A stretch of DNA of 64,000 nt, taken from positions 2,655 through 66,654 of IMG/VR virus record IMGVR_UViG_3300043372_000090. The stretch is one strand, 5' to 3'. Positions 15,690-25,935 of this stretch are shown here, one piece after another. The notes under the pieces were generated by a model that was given only the letters and a program-made list of their open reading frames with translations, made no database searches and was not told the origin of the DNA. Source of the stretch: a virus. Its lineage: Duplodnaviria > Caudoviricetes. How positions within the stretch are numbered: the first letter of the stretch is position 1; every line of letters starts with the position of its first letter. The position numbers and the translations under genes were made by a program.

Positions 15690-16293
15690 TTTTACTAAAT
15701 ATCTAATGTCTAAAGTTGAAGGCATTAAAGCAAATCCAAAACGGTTGCTGGGTGCATTAGGAGAAATCCCATCTTGGTATTTTAATAGAGCACCAGATCA
15801 AGCTGATATCTTTTCTAAACCCGGTATACGAAATAAAGTAAACGCTGCTGTTGGCACAGGATTAGTTGAAGCTGCTAATTTTGGCAAAGACGCATTAGAA
15901 GAAATGATATTTAATGGAATATCCGCAGCAATGATTCCAGAAACGGGTGGCACTAGTGCATTAGGGTTTTTACCCAAAATGGTTAATCCTGCAAAGACTA
16001 TTATTAATTTTGCTACAGATGCAGCAATGGATGAATTTGTCAACCCAATGCTTTACGATCTAGCCGACAACGACATTAACCTAGGGGGGCGTTTACCAAA
16101 AGCTCCGAGTTGGTATAAAGGAAGCGGTACGCAAAAAGTAGTAAACGCTGCTGATAAAAAAATTACAGACTTTGCAAGCTTTGTTTCTAACACGCATCCT
16201 CAAAGTAATATCATCCGCAAGGCAGCTGAGTATGGAGATAAAACTGGTATTGCAGCAAGCAAGGCAAAAGATAAGATTACCAAAATACGGTAA
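15679..16293 (+). CDS. hypothetical protein, possibly virion-associated
   Basis: ATG 15679 after GAGGAG; G/A-rich hydrophobic segment. Confidence 0.7.
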   Translation: MENDFTKYLMSKVEGIKANPKRLLGALGEIPSWYFNRAPDQADIFSKPGIRNKVNAAVGTGLVEAANFGKDALEEMIFNGISAAMIPETGGTSALGFLPKMVNPAKTIINFATDAAMDEFVNPMLYDLADNDINLGGRLPKAPSWYKGSGTQKVVNAADKKITDFASFVSNTHPQSNIIRKAAEYGDKTGIAASKAKDKITKIR

Positions 16294-16311
16294 GTAGGTA
16301 TATTATGTGTT

Positions 16312-17034
16312 ATGCCAGATCAAGAGACACGGTACATAACGAACGGAAATAACAAAAAAGTTAAACTGTGCGCAGCTCAACTTGGTGAAGGGCGTCAGTG
16401 TAATGCTGCTGCAATGCGTGATAAAGATTTTTGCAAGCACCATGGTGGTAAGGCATTAGTTGGACCTGATAGTCCTACGTTTAAAACAGGATTGTGGTCT
16501 CAGCAAAGAAAAAGGTTTTCGACAGTAGCACCTCAACTACTTGAAAAGATAGAGGCACTGCGAGAAGATCCAGACTTATATTCATTACGAGATGACACTG
16601 CATACATTACTGCCGTACTTGACATACGTGCTGAAGCTGCATCTTATGGAATTAGTAAGGAGTTATACGAAGAACTACGCGACCAATATCATGTTTGTAA
16701 AGTTGCGCCAGAGGAAGCTTTTGATAAAGAGTTTAAAAAACTAGGTTCAATGATTAACAATGGTATTGATTCAATGAGGGCAAGTGATGATGTTATTGCA
16801 CTAATCCAGAAACGTGCGGACGTAATTGAAACAGAACAACGAATGGCGCATGCAAAGTCATACACTCTTGAGGTTGATCAAGCGTACAGTCTAATTATGC
16901 AAATATTAACTGTAGTTAAACAAACTGTAAGAGACCCTGAGCAAGTTAGAGCTATATCTGACGGGTTTGCAAAAATATTAAAGGTACATCAAAGTAACAC
17001 AGAGGAGATACTAGATGCAGAAGTTATTAGTTAA
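16312..17034 (+). CDS. terS: terminase small subunit (HGG-type N-terminal Cys/His domain)
   Basis: C.A....G.QC...A.....FC..HGG...GP...FKTG; directly upstream of terL. Confidence 0.75.
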   Translation: MPDQETRYITNGNNKKVKLCAAQLGEGRQCNAAAMRDKDFCKHHGGKALVGPDSPTFKTGLWSQQRKRFSTVAPQLLEKIEALREDPDLYSLRDDTAYITAVLDIRAEAASYGISKELYEELRDQYHVCKVAPEEAFDKEFKKLGSMINNGIDSMRASDDVIALIQKRADVIETEQRMAHAKSYTLEVDQAYSLIMQILTVVKQTVRDPEQVRAISDGFAKILKVHQSNTEEILDAEVIS

Positions 17035-18763
17035 TACCCGCGCTACTCCTCGTGGTTTTAAAAAGTTTGTTCGTCCCGGTAAGGATTTGTCTGTTGCTTT
17101 ACTAGAAGCTGTGACAGCTGACTTAAATGAATATGCAGACACTGGTGCATTTGATGGTGGATCAGCCTTTCCAATTCAAGGGCACGATATGCCATACATG
17201 GATTGGTTACGTGTTTACGCCCCACAATCAGCCCCAGCAAAAATGGGAGAACATCACATACGCGCATGGAATTGGGCAGAGAGTATAGAAAATGGTAATC
17301 CTCCACCTGCGCTAATTGAATGCTGGTTTCGCGGTGGTGGTAAATCAACGACAATGGAATTGATTTCTAGTAGATTAGCAGTCAAAGCATCACGACGTTT
17401 TTTGTTATATGTCTGCGCTACACAGGATGCTGCTAATCGTCACGTAAGTGATATTGCTGGTGTTATGGAACGTTGTGGTATTGAGCGAGCTGTAAACCAA
17501 TATGGTTTTTCTCGTGGATGGAATGCGCAAAAATTACGTACAGCTAATGGTTTTAACGTCTTGGCATTTGGATTAGATACCGGAGCACGTGGTGTAAAGT
17601 TAGATCACTTGCGCCCAGACATGATCATCCTTGATGATATTGATGAACTAGATGACTCAGTAAATGCTGTTGAGAAAAAGATAAGGACTATTACGGCAAC
17701 TATTCTTCCAGCTAAAAGCGTTGACTGCGCAATTGTATTTGTTCAAAACAGAATACACGCGAATAGTGTAATGTCTCGTGTTTTGTCTGGTGAACTAGAT
17801 ATGTTGCAAGACCGCATACAGTCACCAATCATTCCTGCAATTTATGATCTTATTTATGAGCCAGCGGAAAAAGATGATGGACGCATGGGGTGGAAGATTG
17901 TTTCTGGTCGTGCTGCGTGGGATCACAAGAATTTGGCAGTGTGTCAGAAAGAGATAGATGACTTTGGCTTGATTTCGTTTTTACGTGAATGCCAGCATGA
18001 CGTTGGTGTTGGTGGTTTGTTCTTTCCACAATTTAAGCCAATTGATAGCAATGGTAATGGATGGCATGTAGTAGATCACATTGATGTACAACCATGGTGG
18101 AGATTTTGGGCAAGCCACGACTTTGGAACTGGAGCACCGGCATGTTTTATTCTTTATGCAAGTGATGAACGTGAAAACGTATATGTGTTGCATGAATGGT
18201 ATGAAGCTGGAAAAACTAGCAGTATGCAAGTCGATGGCATAATTGAACTACTAAAAAAGTACAAGATAGCTGAACCTAAAAACAAAACTAATGAGAATGG
18301 TGCATATAACACTAAGTTGGAAGCTATTGCTTTTGACTGGGCAAATACTTTTCCACCTGAAAAAGTTGACCAAAGAATTGGCGAGTATCCAGTTGAGATA
18401 TGGTGGGAACGTGGTCTTCCTGCTGTGCGAGCAGTTAAAGATCGTAAAGCAGGATGGAACCGAGTTAAAGAATGGCTTATGGCATCTGAAATGGTTGACG
18501 GAAAAGTTAAACCAAAATTTGTAATTAATCGTAATGGTTGCCCAAATATTATTAAACAGTTGTCTGACACAATGACGCACACTAAAGATGCAGATGAAAT
18601 TGACTCAGGTACTAGAAATGATCACGCCATCGACAGCTTACGTTATGGATTAATGTGGCGAGAGCATCCTGTCAGATGCCCAGAAATAGATGAGCGTGAA
18701 AAACGCAATGCAAACAATAAGCCAGAGTGGTTAAAAAATAGGAACCTAGACGAATGGTTGTAA
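17015..18763 (+). CDS. terL: terminase large subunit
   Basis: FRGGGKST Walker A, IILDD Walker B, nuclease SHDFG and DHAIDSLRY. Confidence 0.93.
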   Translation: MQKLLVNTRATPRGFKKFVRPGKDLSVALLEAVTADLNEYADTGAFDGGSAFPIQGHDMPYMDWLRVYAPQSAPAKMGEHHIRAWNWAESIENGNPPPALIECWFRGGGKSTTMELISSRLAVKASRRFLLYVCATQDAANRHVSDIAGVMERCGIERAVNQYGFSRGWNAQKLRTANGFNVLAFGLDTGARGVKLDHLRPDMIILDDIDELDDSVNAVEKKIRTITATILPAKSVDCAIVFVQNRIHANSVMSRVLSGELDMLQDRIQSPIIPAIYDLIYEPAEKDDGRMGWKIVSGRAAWDHKNLAVCQKEIDDFGLISFLRECQHDVGVGGLFFPQFKPIDSNGNGWHVVDHIDVQPWWRFWASHDFGTGAPACFILYASDERENVYVLHEWYEAGKTSSMQVDGIIELLKKYKIAEPKNKTNENGAYNTKLEAIAFDWANTFPPEKVDQRIGEYPVEIWWERGLPAVRAVKDRKAGWNRVKEWLMASEMVDGKVKPKFVINRNGCPNIIKQLSDTMTHTKDADEIDSGTRNDHAIDSLRYGLMWREHPVRCPEIDEREKRNANNKPEWLKNRNLDEWL

Positions 18764-18894
18764 TTGAAATATTAAGTTTTATCTGTGCTTTATGTACATG
18801 CATTGCAAGTGTTATGTCTTATCGTATTTTGAGTGACATAAAGAACATAAAGATATACTCAAAAGAAATATATGATCGCGAGGGCTGGTTATAA
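18754..18894 (+). CDS. 46-aa membrane peptide between terL and portal, absent from ORF track
   Basis: Reads MVVIEILSFICALCTCIASVMSYRILSDIKNIKIYSKEIYDREGWL; its TAA overlaps the portal ATG. Confidence 0.65.
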   Translation: MVVIEILSFICALCTCIASVMSYRILSDIKNIKIYSKEIYDREGWL

Positions 18895-21092
18895 TGTACG
18901 ACATCAGTAAACTTTCAGCAGCAGTTAGGAATGGTAAACCACGCATCTCTGCTTTTGAAAAGAAGAATAACATTGGTACTGTCGGGTCTACTCCGTTAGA
19001 AGATTCACGACTTGATGACAAAGATAATTTAGAATTAGATGTAACACCTAAAGACTGGAAAGTAAACGAACTTGAACAACCAGAAGAAGCTCGTAAGATT
19101 ACTAAGTTCGTTCAACAACAGTTTGATAGTGCACAAAAAGCCCGAACTGACATGGAACTTGAGTGGGCATTAGCAACAGCTTTTTTTGAAGGCAGGCAGT
19201 GGTTACGTATTGGTAGTCAAGGACGTAATATTATTCGTTTGCAAAATCCAAGCGAGCCTAATCGTTATATGACTGTCAATAAACTCAGGCCATTAATTGA
19301 TGGAGTAGTTGGCAAGTTAACACAATGTGCGCCAGATGCTACTTCTGTTCCGTTATCTGATAGTCCTCAAGATAGAGCAGCTAGTGATGAAGCCAACTTT
19401 ATTGCTAAGCATTACAACAGAAAATTTGGCAGAGAAACTCAAACTAAAGAACGTGTTCGTTGGGCTTGTGTTTGCGGTACATCATTTTTAAAGGTTTATT
19501 GGGATAGTCGTAAAACACAAGTTGTTCCACAAATGGATGTTGATGGACAGAGTGTTGTTGGCCATACCGAGATGCGAGTTGGTGATGTAGTAGAACAGAT
19601 TCTTCCAGCATTTGACGTATACATTGATCCATCGGCAAAACGTGATGACGATATTCGTTGGATGATTCACGCTATGATTAAACCGCTATCGTGGTTTGTA
19701 GATTCATATGGTGAGGTTGGCAAGAAGGTTGAAGCTGATGCATTAACTGGACAATACTCAGGTTATGTAGATGCGTATATTGATGGAGCTAATGCTGGGG
19801 GTAGAGGTTGGGTTCCACCATCATCATCTACATCTAATTCAAATGAAAAGCGCAAGAATGCAGCTGTTGTTTATGAGTACTGGGAGAAGCCATCTAAGCT
19901 TTATCAGAACGGCAGATACATTGTTTCTACACAATCAACATTACTATATGCTGGTCCATGGCCATATAACAAAAAGGATTCATTCCCATTCATTCCATTA
20001 AGATGGCAGCCACGCGCAGGTACACCATACGGATATAGCCTCGGCTTTGATTTAGTGTCTTTACAAAGTACATACAATCGCATCTACAGTCGTTTACTTG
20101 AACAATTTGAAGCGCAAAAAGATTACTTACTTATTGAACGTTTATCTTCCGTTGGTGCTGATGCATACGACAAAGAGAGTGACACCGTAGAAGACAAGAA
20201 TAGGATTTACAGAAAGGTTTATTACGATCGTGGTAGTAGGCCACCAGCTGTACAGCGAGCACCCGGTATTGGAGCAGACTTATTTCCGCTACTGCAGATG
20301 ATTGAAAAAGACATGATGGATGTTGCTGGATTGCACGACGTCAGTCAAGGGATGGCACAAGCAGGAACACCTGCTGAGTCTGTGCGGTTATTACAAAAGG
20401 CTGACAACACGCAGCACTCGTATGTACGCGCCGACATTGAAATTAGCAATGCATCTATTAAAGAGTGGGAAGTAAGTCTAATTGAGCAATTTGCAATTGT
20501 CCCCTTTGTCGGAAACATCGAAGGCGGAATGTTACCTAGAGACCAAATTCAACAAGGCGTTATGCGTTTTGATGCTTTGCGCAATGGTGGGCGGTATAGG
20601 ATTGTTTATGTTCCGGGATCTAGTATGGACGAAGGACCAGATCAAAGGTTAAACAAGTATGCCACACTGCGCCAAATGGGCGTGTTTGGTGACCCAATGG
20701 ATCCTGCGACCAATAGGTTGTTTGTACAACTTGTGAACATGCCGGAAACAACCAAGATTCTTGATCACCTTGATGAACAAGAAGCAAAGATGGCTGAGGC
20801 ACAACAACAACAAATGATGATGCAGCAAGAGGCACAGGTTGCACAACAAGGACAGCAAGCGCAGGTCATGCAATTCAATATGCAAATTGAACAGGCAAAG
20901 GCGCAGGTAGAAATAGAAAAGATTAAGGCTCAGATAGCCGCAAAACTTGAGGCAGACATTGCGTTGGCAACCGCAAAGGCTGGACTTGAGGCACAGTCTA
21001 ATGAAGACTATGCGATGGTTGATATTGGTAAACAGTATGCAATGACAGACTTAGGCCCTGAATCTGGCATAAGTCAAAATGAAGGAGTATAG
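18894..21092 (+). CDS. portal protein (P22-like, with Q-rich C-terminal coiled coil)
   Basis: Position after terL; FFEGRQW, NKLRPLIDGVVG, RWACVCGTSFLKVYWD; long helical tail. Confidence 0.88.
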   Translation: MYDISKLSAAVRNGKPRISAFEKKNNIGTVGSTPLEDSRLDDKDNLELDVTPKDWKVNELEQPEEARKITKFVQQQFDSAQKARTDMELEWALATAFFEGRQWLRIGSQGRNIIRLQNPSEPNRYMTVNKLRPLIDGVVGKLTQCAPDATSVPLSDSPQDRAASDEANFIAKHYNRKFGRETQTKERVRWACVCGTSFLKVYWDSRKTQVVPQMDVDGQSVVGHTEMRVGDVVEQILPAFDVYIDPSAKRDDDIRWMIHAMIKPLSWFVDSYGEVGKKVEADALTGQYSGYVDAYIDGANAGGRGWVPPSSSTSNSNEKRKNAAVVYEYWEKPSKLYQNGRYIVSTQSTLLYAGPWPYNKKDSFPFIPLRWQPRAGTPYGYSLGFDLVSLQSTYNRIYSRLLEQFEAQKDYLLIERLSSVGADAYDKESDTVEDKNRIYRKVYYDRGSRPPAVQRAPGIGADLFPLLQMIEKDMMDVAGLHDVSQGMAQAGTPAESVRLLQKADNTQHSYVRADIEISNASIKEWEVSLIEQFAIVPFVGNIEGGMLPRDQIQQGVMRFDALRNGGRYRIVYVPGSSMDEGPDQRLNKYATLRQMGVFGDPMDPATNRLFVQLVNMPETTKILDHLDEQEAKMAEAQQQQMMMQQEAQVAQQGQQAQVMQFNMQIEQAKAQVEIEKIKAQIAAKLEADIALATAKAGLEAQSNEDYAMVDIGKQYAMTDLGPESGISQNEGV

Positions 21093-21097
21093 TTAAA

Positions 21098-21979
21098 ATG
21101 TCTGAAGAGATGGTGACACGCACCTCAGACTCACCAGCTGAGGCGTCAGACAATATTGGTCTTAGTAGTTTATTGACAAACGATAGTTCATACGCCAATG
21201 AACCTGAAACTGCACCGGCGTTAAACACCGCAGATGATACGTCAGAAACATTAGACTTTTCTTGGTTAGACGATATTGAGGTTGAGGCAACTGATCCACA
21301 GGATCTAGTCCGGCAGAAATTAACTGAAGCGTTAAGTGCTCAGAAGACTCCAGAAAGTGTCCCTTACGACAGATTTCGGGAAGTAAATGAGCAAGCTAAA
21401 GCTGCTAAGGATGTTGCATCCCAATACGAAAAATGGGCCACTGTTATTCAAGCACTCGAAGCTGATGGTTACTCATCAGGTAGTGAGTTGCAAAATGCAT
21501 GGGCACAAAAACAGCAACAAGTAAACGAAGATCAAATACGTCAGAAGTATATGCAGATGTCAGAGGCAAACATATTGTCTGAAGATGCTGCTAGAATTTC
21601 TGCAGATTTTGAAATTCAACGTATGAAATACGATGAGTTACTTGGTCAAGTAGAGCAAGCCAAGCAGTCACAAGCGTTAGAGCAAGCCTTTAAGGAATAT
21701 CCATACGCTAGGCGCGGAGAACAAATTGTTCACAATTTAGTTAAACGTGGTATTGACCCAATTGAAGCTGTGACATACGTTCATACTGAACTTGCCAATA
21801 TGGCTGAATCGCTTGTGCCGGAACTTGCTTCTATGTTTGAGGCACAGAAGAACGTTCCAATCCCCATCGACACTGCTGAATCTGCACAACCCTTAGTCCA
21901 AGAGACAACACCAACGCGAGGCTTTGGTGGTGTGTTTAGTAGACTAATGGGTATCGGCAGAAACAACAACGGAATTTGA
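21098..21979 (+). CDS. capsid scaffolding protein
   Basis: Acidic N-terminus, VPYDRFREVN, helical; lies between portal and capsid. Confidence 0.75.
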   Translation: MSEEMVTRTSDSPAEASDNIGLSSLLTNDSSYANEPETAPALNTADDTSETLDFSWLDDIEVEATDPQDLVRQKLTEALSAQKTPESVPYDRFREVNEQAKAAKDVASQYEKWATVIQALEADGYSSGSELQNAWAQKQQQVNEDQIRQKYMQMSEANILSEDAARISADFEIQRMKYDELLGQVEQAKQSQALEQAFKEYPYARRGEQIVHNLVKRGIDPIEAVTYVHTELANMAESLVPELASMFEAQKNVPIPIDTAESAQPLVQETTPTRGFGGVFSRLMGIGRNNNGI

Positions 21980-21990
21980 GAGGCTAAGAA

Positions 21991-23058
21991 ATGGCTATTG
22001 ATTTCAATGGTGCCCTTACATTAGCGGATCAGGCAATTTTGTCTAACGATCCACTCGTTAAGGAAATCACCAAGAGTTTGCATCAGACGTGGAATGCTGT
22101 AAAGGATATTCCTTTTTACACATCTCCATCCCTTCGACAGATCGGTATGCGCTATACCAACTCAGGTATTCCTACTCCTAACTGGACTGGTATTAACTCA
22201 GAACCAACTTCAGTTAAAGGTAAGCCAAAGCAGTACGAAGAGCAGATGTTCCTTCTGCGTAACAAGATTACAATTGATAAAGTTCTGCTTGAGCAGCCTA
22301 ACAATATTATTGATCCTGTAGACGCGCAAGTACAGATGTTCTTAGAGGGTTTTAGTTACGATTTTAATGACAAGTTCATTAATAACGACCCTACAAGTTC
22401 TGCTCCGGGTAACTCGGTTGACTGTTTCCCCGGACTTAAGTACCGTTTAAACAATGCTGCACAGTTTGACATGGCTACTGACATGACAATCAATGCTGCT
22501 TCTGATATGCGTTTATCCAACTTACTTGCACCATCTACAGCTACTGCTGGATCTGGTGCAGCTAATAGATTTATGTATGATATTCAAACCTTATTTGACA
22601 ACATGAACGCGCCAGATGGCGATGGTATCGTTTTGTATGTTTCAGAACAAGGTAAGAGAATTATTGAAGCATCTATTCGTGTAATGGGTATTGGTAGTGG
22701 TTTTGATATTACTCAAGATAACTACGATCGCCCAGTAGAAATGTATAAGAATGCTAAGATTCGAGTTGTTGGACGTAAATCTGATGGTTTAACATCTGTG
22801 ATTCCAAACGACGTTGCAATTGCGTCAACAACTTTATCCGATGGTAGTACTGCTGCATTGACTGGTACAACCACGATGTATGCAGTTCGCTATGGAACTG
22901 GATACGTACAAGGATGGCAGCCTAAGCCATTTAAGCCTGAGAACCTTGGTCGATCACAAGAAAATGGCATCATGCACAACATCCTCTTTGAATGGGGTTG
23001 TGGTCTTTGGATTCCTCACACTCGTGCTATTGGCCGACTTAATTTCAAGGTCAATTAA
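21991..23058 (+). CDS. major capsid protein (HK97 fold inferred)
   Basis: 355 aa, follows scaffold; F.ND.FIN.D, FPGL..RL and C-terminal EW.CGL pattern. Confidence 0.85.
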   Translation: MAIDFNGALTLADQAILSNDPLVKEITKSLHQTWNAVKDIPFYTSPSLRQIGMRYTNSGIPTPNWTGINSEPTSVKGKPKQYEEQMFLLRNKITIDKVLLEQPNNIIDPVDAQVQMFLEGFSYDFNDKFINNDPTSSAPGNSVDCFPGLKYRLNNAAQFDMATDMTINAASDMRLSNLLAPSTATAGSGAANRFMYDIQTLFDNMNAPDGDGIVLYVSEQGKRIIEASIRVMGIGSGFDITQDNYDRPVEMYKNAKIRVVGRKSDGLTSVIPNDVAIASTTLSDGSTAALTGTTTMYAVRYGTGYVQGWQPKPFKPENLGRSQENGIMHNILFEWGCGLWIPHTRAIGRLNFKVN

Positions 23059-23072
23059 TAAGGAGATAGATT

Positions 23073-23966
23073 ATGGCTAGAGATCTTAAGTTATCGTTTC
23101 GATTTGGTACTGGTGTCTTAGGCGCTTCCGCTGGGAATGTCCAGATGCCCGGTACTAACATCACATCATATGCAACATCATTTGGAGGTCTTACTGGTAC
23201 GGCAGCATCTACAACAAATGCTGTGTCCAACCAGTTGATTTCGTGTCCTTTGGCATGGGGTGGATTTAGTCAAACGGCTAATCCAGTTGGCCCTAGTTAT
23301 GCTGAAGACGTACCAAATGGTGGTGTAGTGCTTCCGGGTCATTCAAGTCGTAATGATCTAGTTGGAATTGTAGATGTAATTGTAGCTACAGCACTTACTA
23401 CTGCACAGACGTTTGTTATTCAAGCCTCTGATGATTCTACAAACTGGGTAACAATTGGTACAGCTGATGTCACGGTACCGGGTACTAACCCATCAAACGG
23501 TACTGTTGCACTAACTATTGCTGCTGGTACGTTTAACGTATTAACAGCAAGTGCTGCACACGGATTACAACCGGGAGACTTACTTGTTGTTTCTGCAGTT
23601 ACTACTTGTAACTTTAGTAATGGACATGAGAGTGTGTTGGGTGTTGCTGGAAATGTTGTGGAAGTTAATACAGTACCTTCTACAACTACATTCACAATTA
23701 AGTATCCGGGAATCGCTGGTACAACACTCAAGAGTAATGCTCTTGTTTTAAATACATTGCAAGTAGTTGCGTCTGGTACTCCAGCACTTACATTTACTAA
23801 GTGTGTAACAAGCGGAGCAAGTGTTGGTGCGCAGCTTATGATTCCACTGGCACCTACAGTAAAACCATATGTCCGCTTAGCGGCATTTGGTGGAGCTAGT
23901 GCTTCCGGATTTGCTGTTATCCGTGATGCATACATTGCGCTTGCTCGAACAGGCGTAGCTAGGTAA
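23073..23966 (+). CDS. capsid cement/decoration-like protein
   Basis: MARDLKL start, beta-rich T/G/A composition, directly after the capsid gene. Confidence 0.55.
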   Translation: MARDLKLSFRFGTGVLGASAGNVQMPGTNITSYATSFGGLTGTAASTTNAVSNQLISCPLAWGGFSQTANPVGPSYAEDVPNGGVVLPGHSSRNDLVGIVDVIVATALTTAQTFVIQASDDSTNWVTIGTADVTVPGTNPSNGTVALTIAAGTFNVLTASAAHGLQPGDLLVVSAVTTCNFSNGHESVLGVAGNVVEVNTVPSTTTFTIKYPGIAGTTLKSNALVLNTLQVVASGTPALTFTKCVTSGASVGAQLMIPLAPTVKPYVRLAAFGGASASGFAVIRDAYIALARTGVAR

Positions 23967-23971
23967 TTGAT

Positions 23972-24619
23972 ATGAATCTAGGTCAAATTAAACAGAAGGT
24001 AAGAATGATGGGCCGACATTATTTCGGCACAGACTCCGACCGTGACCCGTTTGGCCTAGAGTTTACTATCTTTGAATCAGCCAACCAGATAGCCAGAAAA
24101 ACTGACTGTCTGGTTGGTAGAAGATATCTTGATATTATTGCAGACACATCTGACTACTGTTCTCCGGATATTTATAAAATCCGCGTATTGAAAGCAAAGG
24201 ACAGTTCAGGTGAATATTTTCAACCGGAATTACTCAACTATAGTAATCAAATGGTTGACGAGTACAGACATAGAACTGCTGACTCAGTACCTGACGTAAT
24301 TGTTATTCGCGGAATGAATGCAATTATTCTTTATCCAACTCCATCCATGGCAGTGACGCAAGGACTATTAGTTGAGGGTTACGCACAGCCCGGAGCGTAC
24401 TGGGCATACGATTCAACGGGCACAGCATTAGAAAATACAGATGCAACTGAGTGTCCACTACCAGATGTTGCGCATGATTGTCTTGTGTATGGCACGTTAT
24501 ACATGAGAGCGTTACAAATGCGAGATGGTGATGGTTTGCAACTTTTTAAAACTGAATATTTAGACAGATTAGGCGCAGTTGAATCATACGCTGCTACGTA
24601 CGCAAGGAGAGCTGTCTAA
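23972..24619 (+). CDS. head-tail adaptor-like protein
   Basis: MNLGQIKQKVR start, IILYPTP, CPLPDVAHDCLVYG. Confidence 0.65.
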   Translation: MNLGQIKQKVRMMGRHYFGTDSDRDPFGLEFTIFESANQIARKTDCLVGRRYLDIIADTSDYCSPDIYKIRVLKAKDSSGEYFQPELLNYSNQMVDEYRHRTADSVPDVIVIRGMNAIILYPTPSMAVTQGLLVEGYAQPGAYWAYDSTGTALENTDATECPLPDVAHDCLVYGTLYMRALQMRDGDGLQLFKTEYLDRLGAVESYAATYARRAV

Positions 24620-25329
24620 TGGCTGTTAGCTTTAGTGATTTACGATACGAAACACTACGCCTTTTAAACGAAACAGACTTATCGGTAGTGGGTGAAATTG
24701 CTACAGGTAATGGTGCTACTGGTAGCGGTGGCGCTACGTACACAATTTCTTCTAATGAAGGACTGCTTGATTATTTAATTGAAGGTGCTAATGAAATGTG
24801 TCGGTCCTGTTGTTATCAAACAGCAACAGTTGCATTAACCACGTCAACTGCGCGTGTTAGAAGTTTTGCTGACACAGTCATTTGGTTTCCACAGATTGCA
24901 TCTATTGGTGGCACAGCATTAATTCATACTGGCGAACCAGAGCTATACGCTTACGACACATCCTACACCTTAACAACTGGGACGCCAACGCATTGGTTTA
25001 GATCTGGTCCATATGACATTGGTTTATACAAAACACCAACGTCTACTGTAATCGTAACACTTACTGGAGCCAGTACACCTACTGCAATTTTAACTGGGTC
25101 TGGTACTTATAGTTTTGCGCCCGACGATGTTCTATTAAAAGCTTTACCATGTTACGCTGCATCTAAACTTGCACTAAAGAATTTTGATGACCCATCGCTT
25201 GTAGGCAGATCTTTTTGGAAAGATTGGTACGATATTGCAAGGCTTACACTTTGGCAGCAATTGGATAATTCATTAAAAATGTCTGGTGGTCCATTTGCAG
25301 TTCCTCCAGTTCAGTTAGGTGGTAAGTGA
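24619..25329 (+). CDS. second adaptor/tail tubular-like protein
   Basis: FSDLRYETLRLLNE start, GTPTHWF, IGLYKTP; similar layout to the preceding gene. Confidence 0.6.
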   Translation: MAVSFSDLRYETLRLLNETDLSVVGEIATGNGATGSGGATYTISSNEGLLDYLIEGANEMCRSCCYQTATVALTTSTARVRSFADTVIWFPQIASIGGTALIHTGEPELYAYDTSYTLTTGTPTHWFRSGPYDIGLYKTPTSTVIVTLTGASTPTAILTGSGTYSFAPDDVLLKALPCYAASKLALKNFDDPSLVGRSFWKDWYDIARLTLWQQLDNSLKMSGGPFAVPPVQLGGK

Positions 25330-25613
25330 TGGATAAGTTTCAGATTGATTTAAATACGCTACTTGCTGGTTTTGTCGGTGCTCTTATTGGCACTGATTGG
25401 AAAAAGATTAAACATTGGCTTCAAGGAGTCATTACAGTTTTGTCTGGCACTGCGTCTGCGCTCTACCTAACTCCTATCATGGCTAATCAATTAGGTTGGG
25501 AAAAACCACATCAAATGATTGGTTTATCGTTCCTACTTGGTACTCTTGGCTTACGTACCGTACAAGCGTTTAACTTAGTTATTGAAAAGTCTCTTAAGAA
25601 GGTGAGTGAGTAA
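25326..25613 (+). CDS. putative holin
   Basis: About 95 aa, three hydrophobic segments, basic C-terminus. Confidence 0.6.
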   Translation: MMDKFQIDLNTLLAGFVGALIGTDWKKIKHWLQGVITVLSGTASALYLTPIMANQLGWEKPHQMIGLSFLLGTLGLRTVQAFNLVIEKSLKKVSE

Positions 25614-25668
25614 TGGCACAAGTAACAACAAATGTACGCCTTTTATCTGTAGAACAAACAGACACTAA

Positions 25669-25935
25669 ATGAATCTTGTAACCATAACAGAAGAATTAAA
25701 AGATGTAGATTACACAGTCGATGGATCTGTTACTTTTAAATTCGTGTCTGGTGACATGGGGTCTAAATCGGACGCCGACATGATTACATTTGCGATGAAT
25801 AAATTTGAAGATGTAAATATGTTGTTAAAGTGTTTGTTGATTTTAAATTACTATCAAAATCTAGAAGTCGAAAAAACAGCAGTAGCGGTCAATGTTACTA
25901 TAGATAACTGGGTGACTAAAAATGGCCCGTCTTGA
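25669..25935 (+). CDS. hypothetical protein
   Basis: 88-aa ORF preceded by a 19-codon ORF overlapping at ATGA. Confidence 0.55.
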   Translation: MNLVTITEELKDVDYTVDGSVTFKFVSGDMGSKSDADMITFAMNKFEDVNMLLKCLLILNYYQNLEVEKTAVAVNVTIDNWVTKNGPS

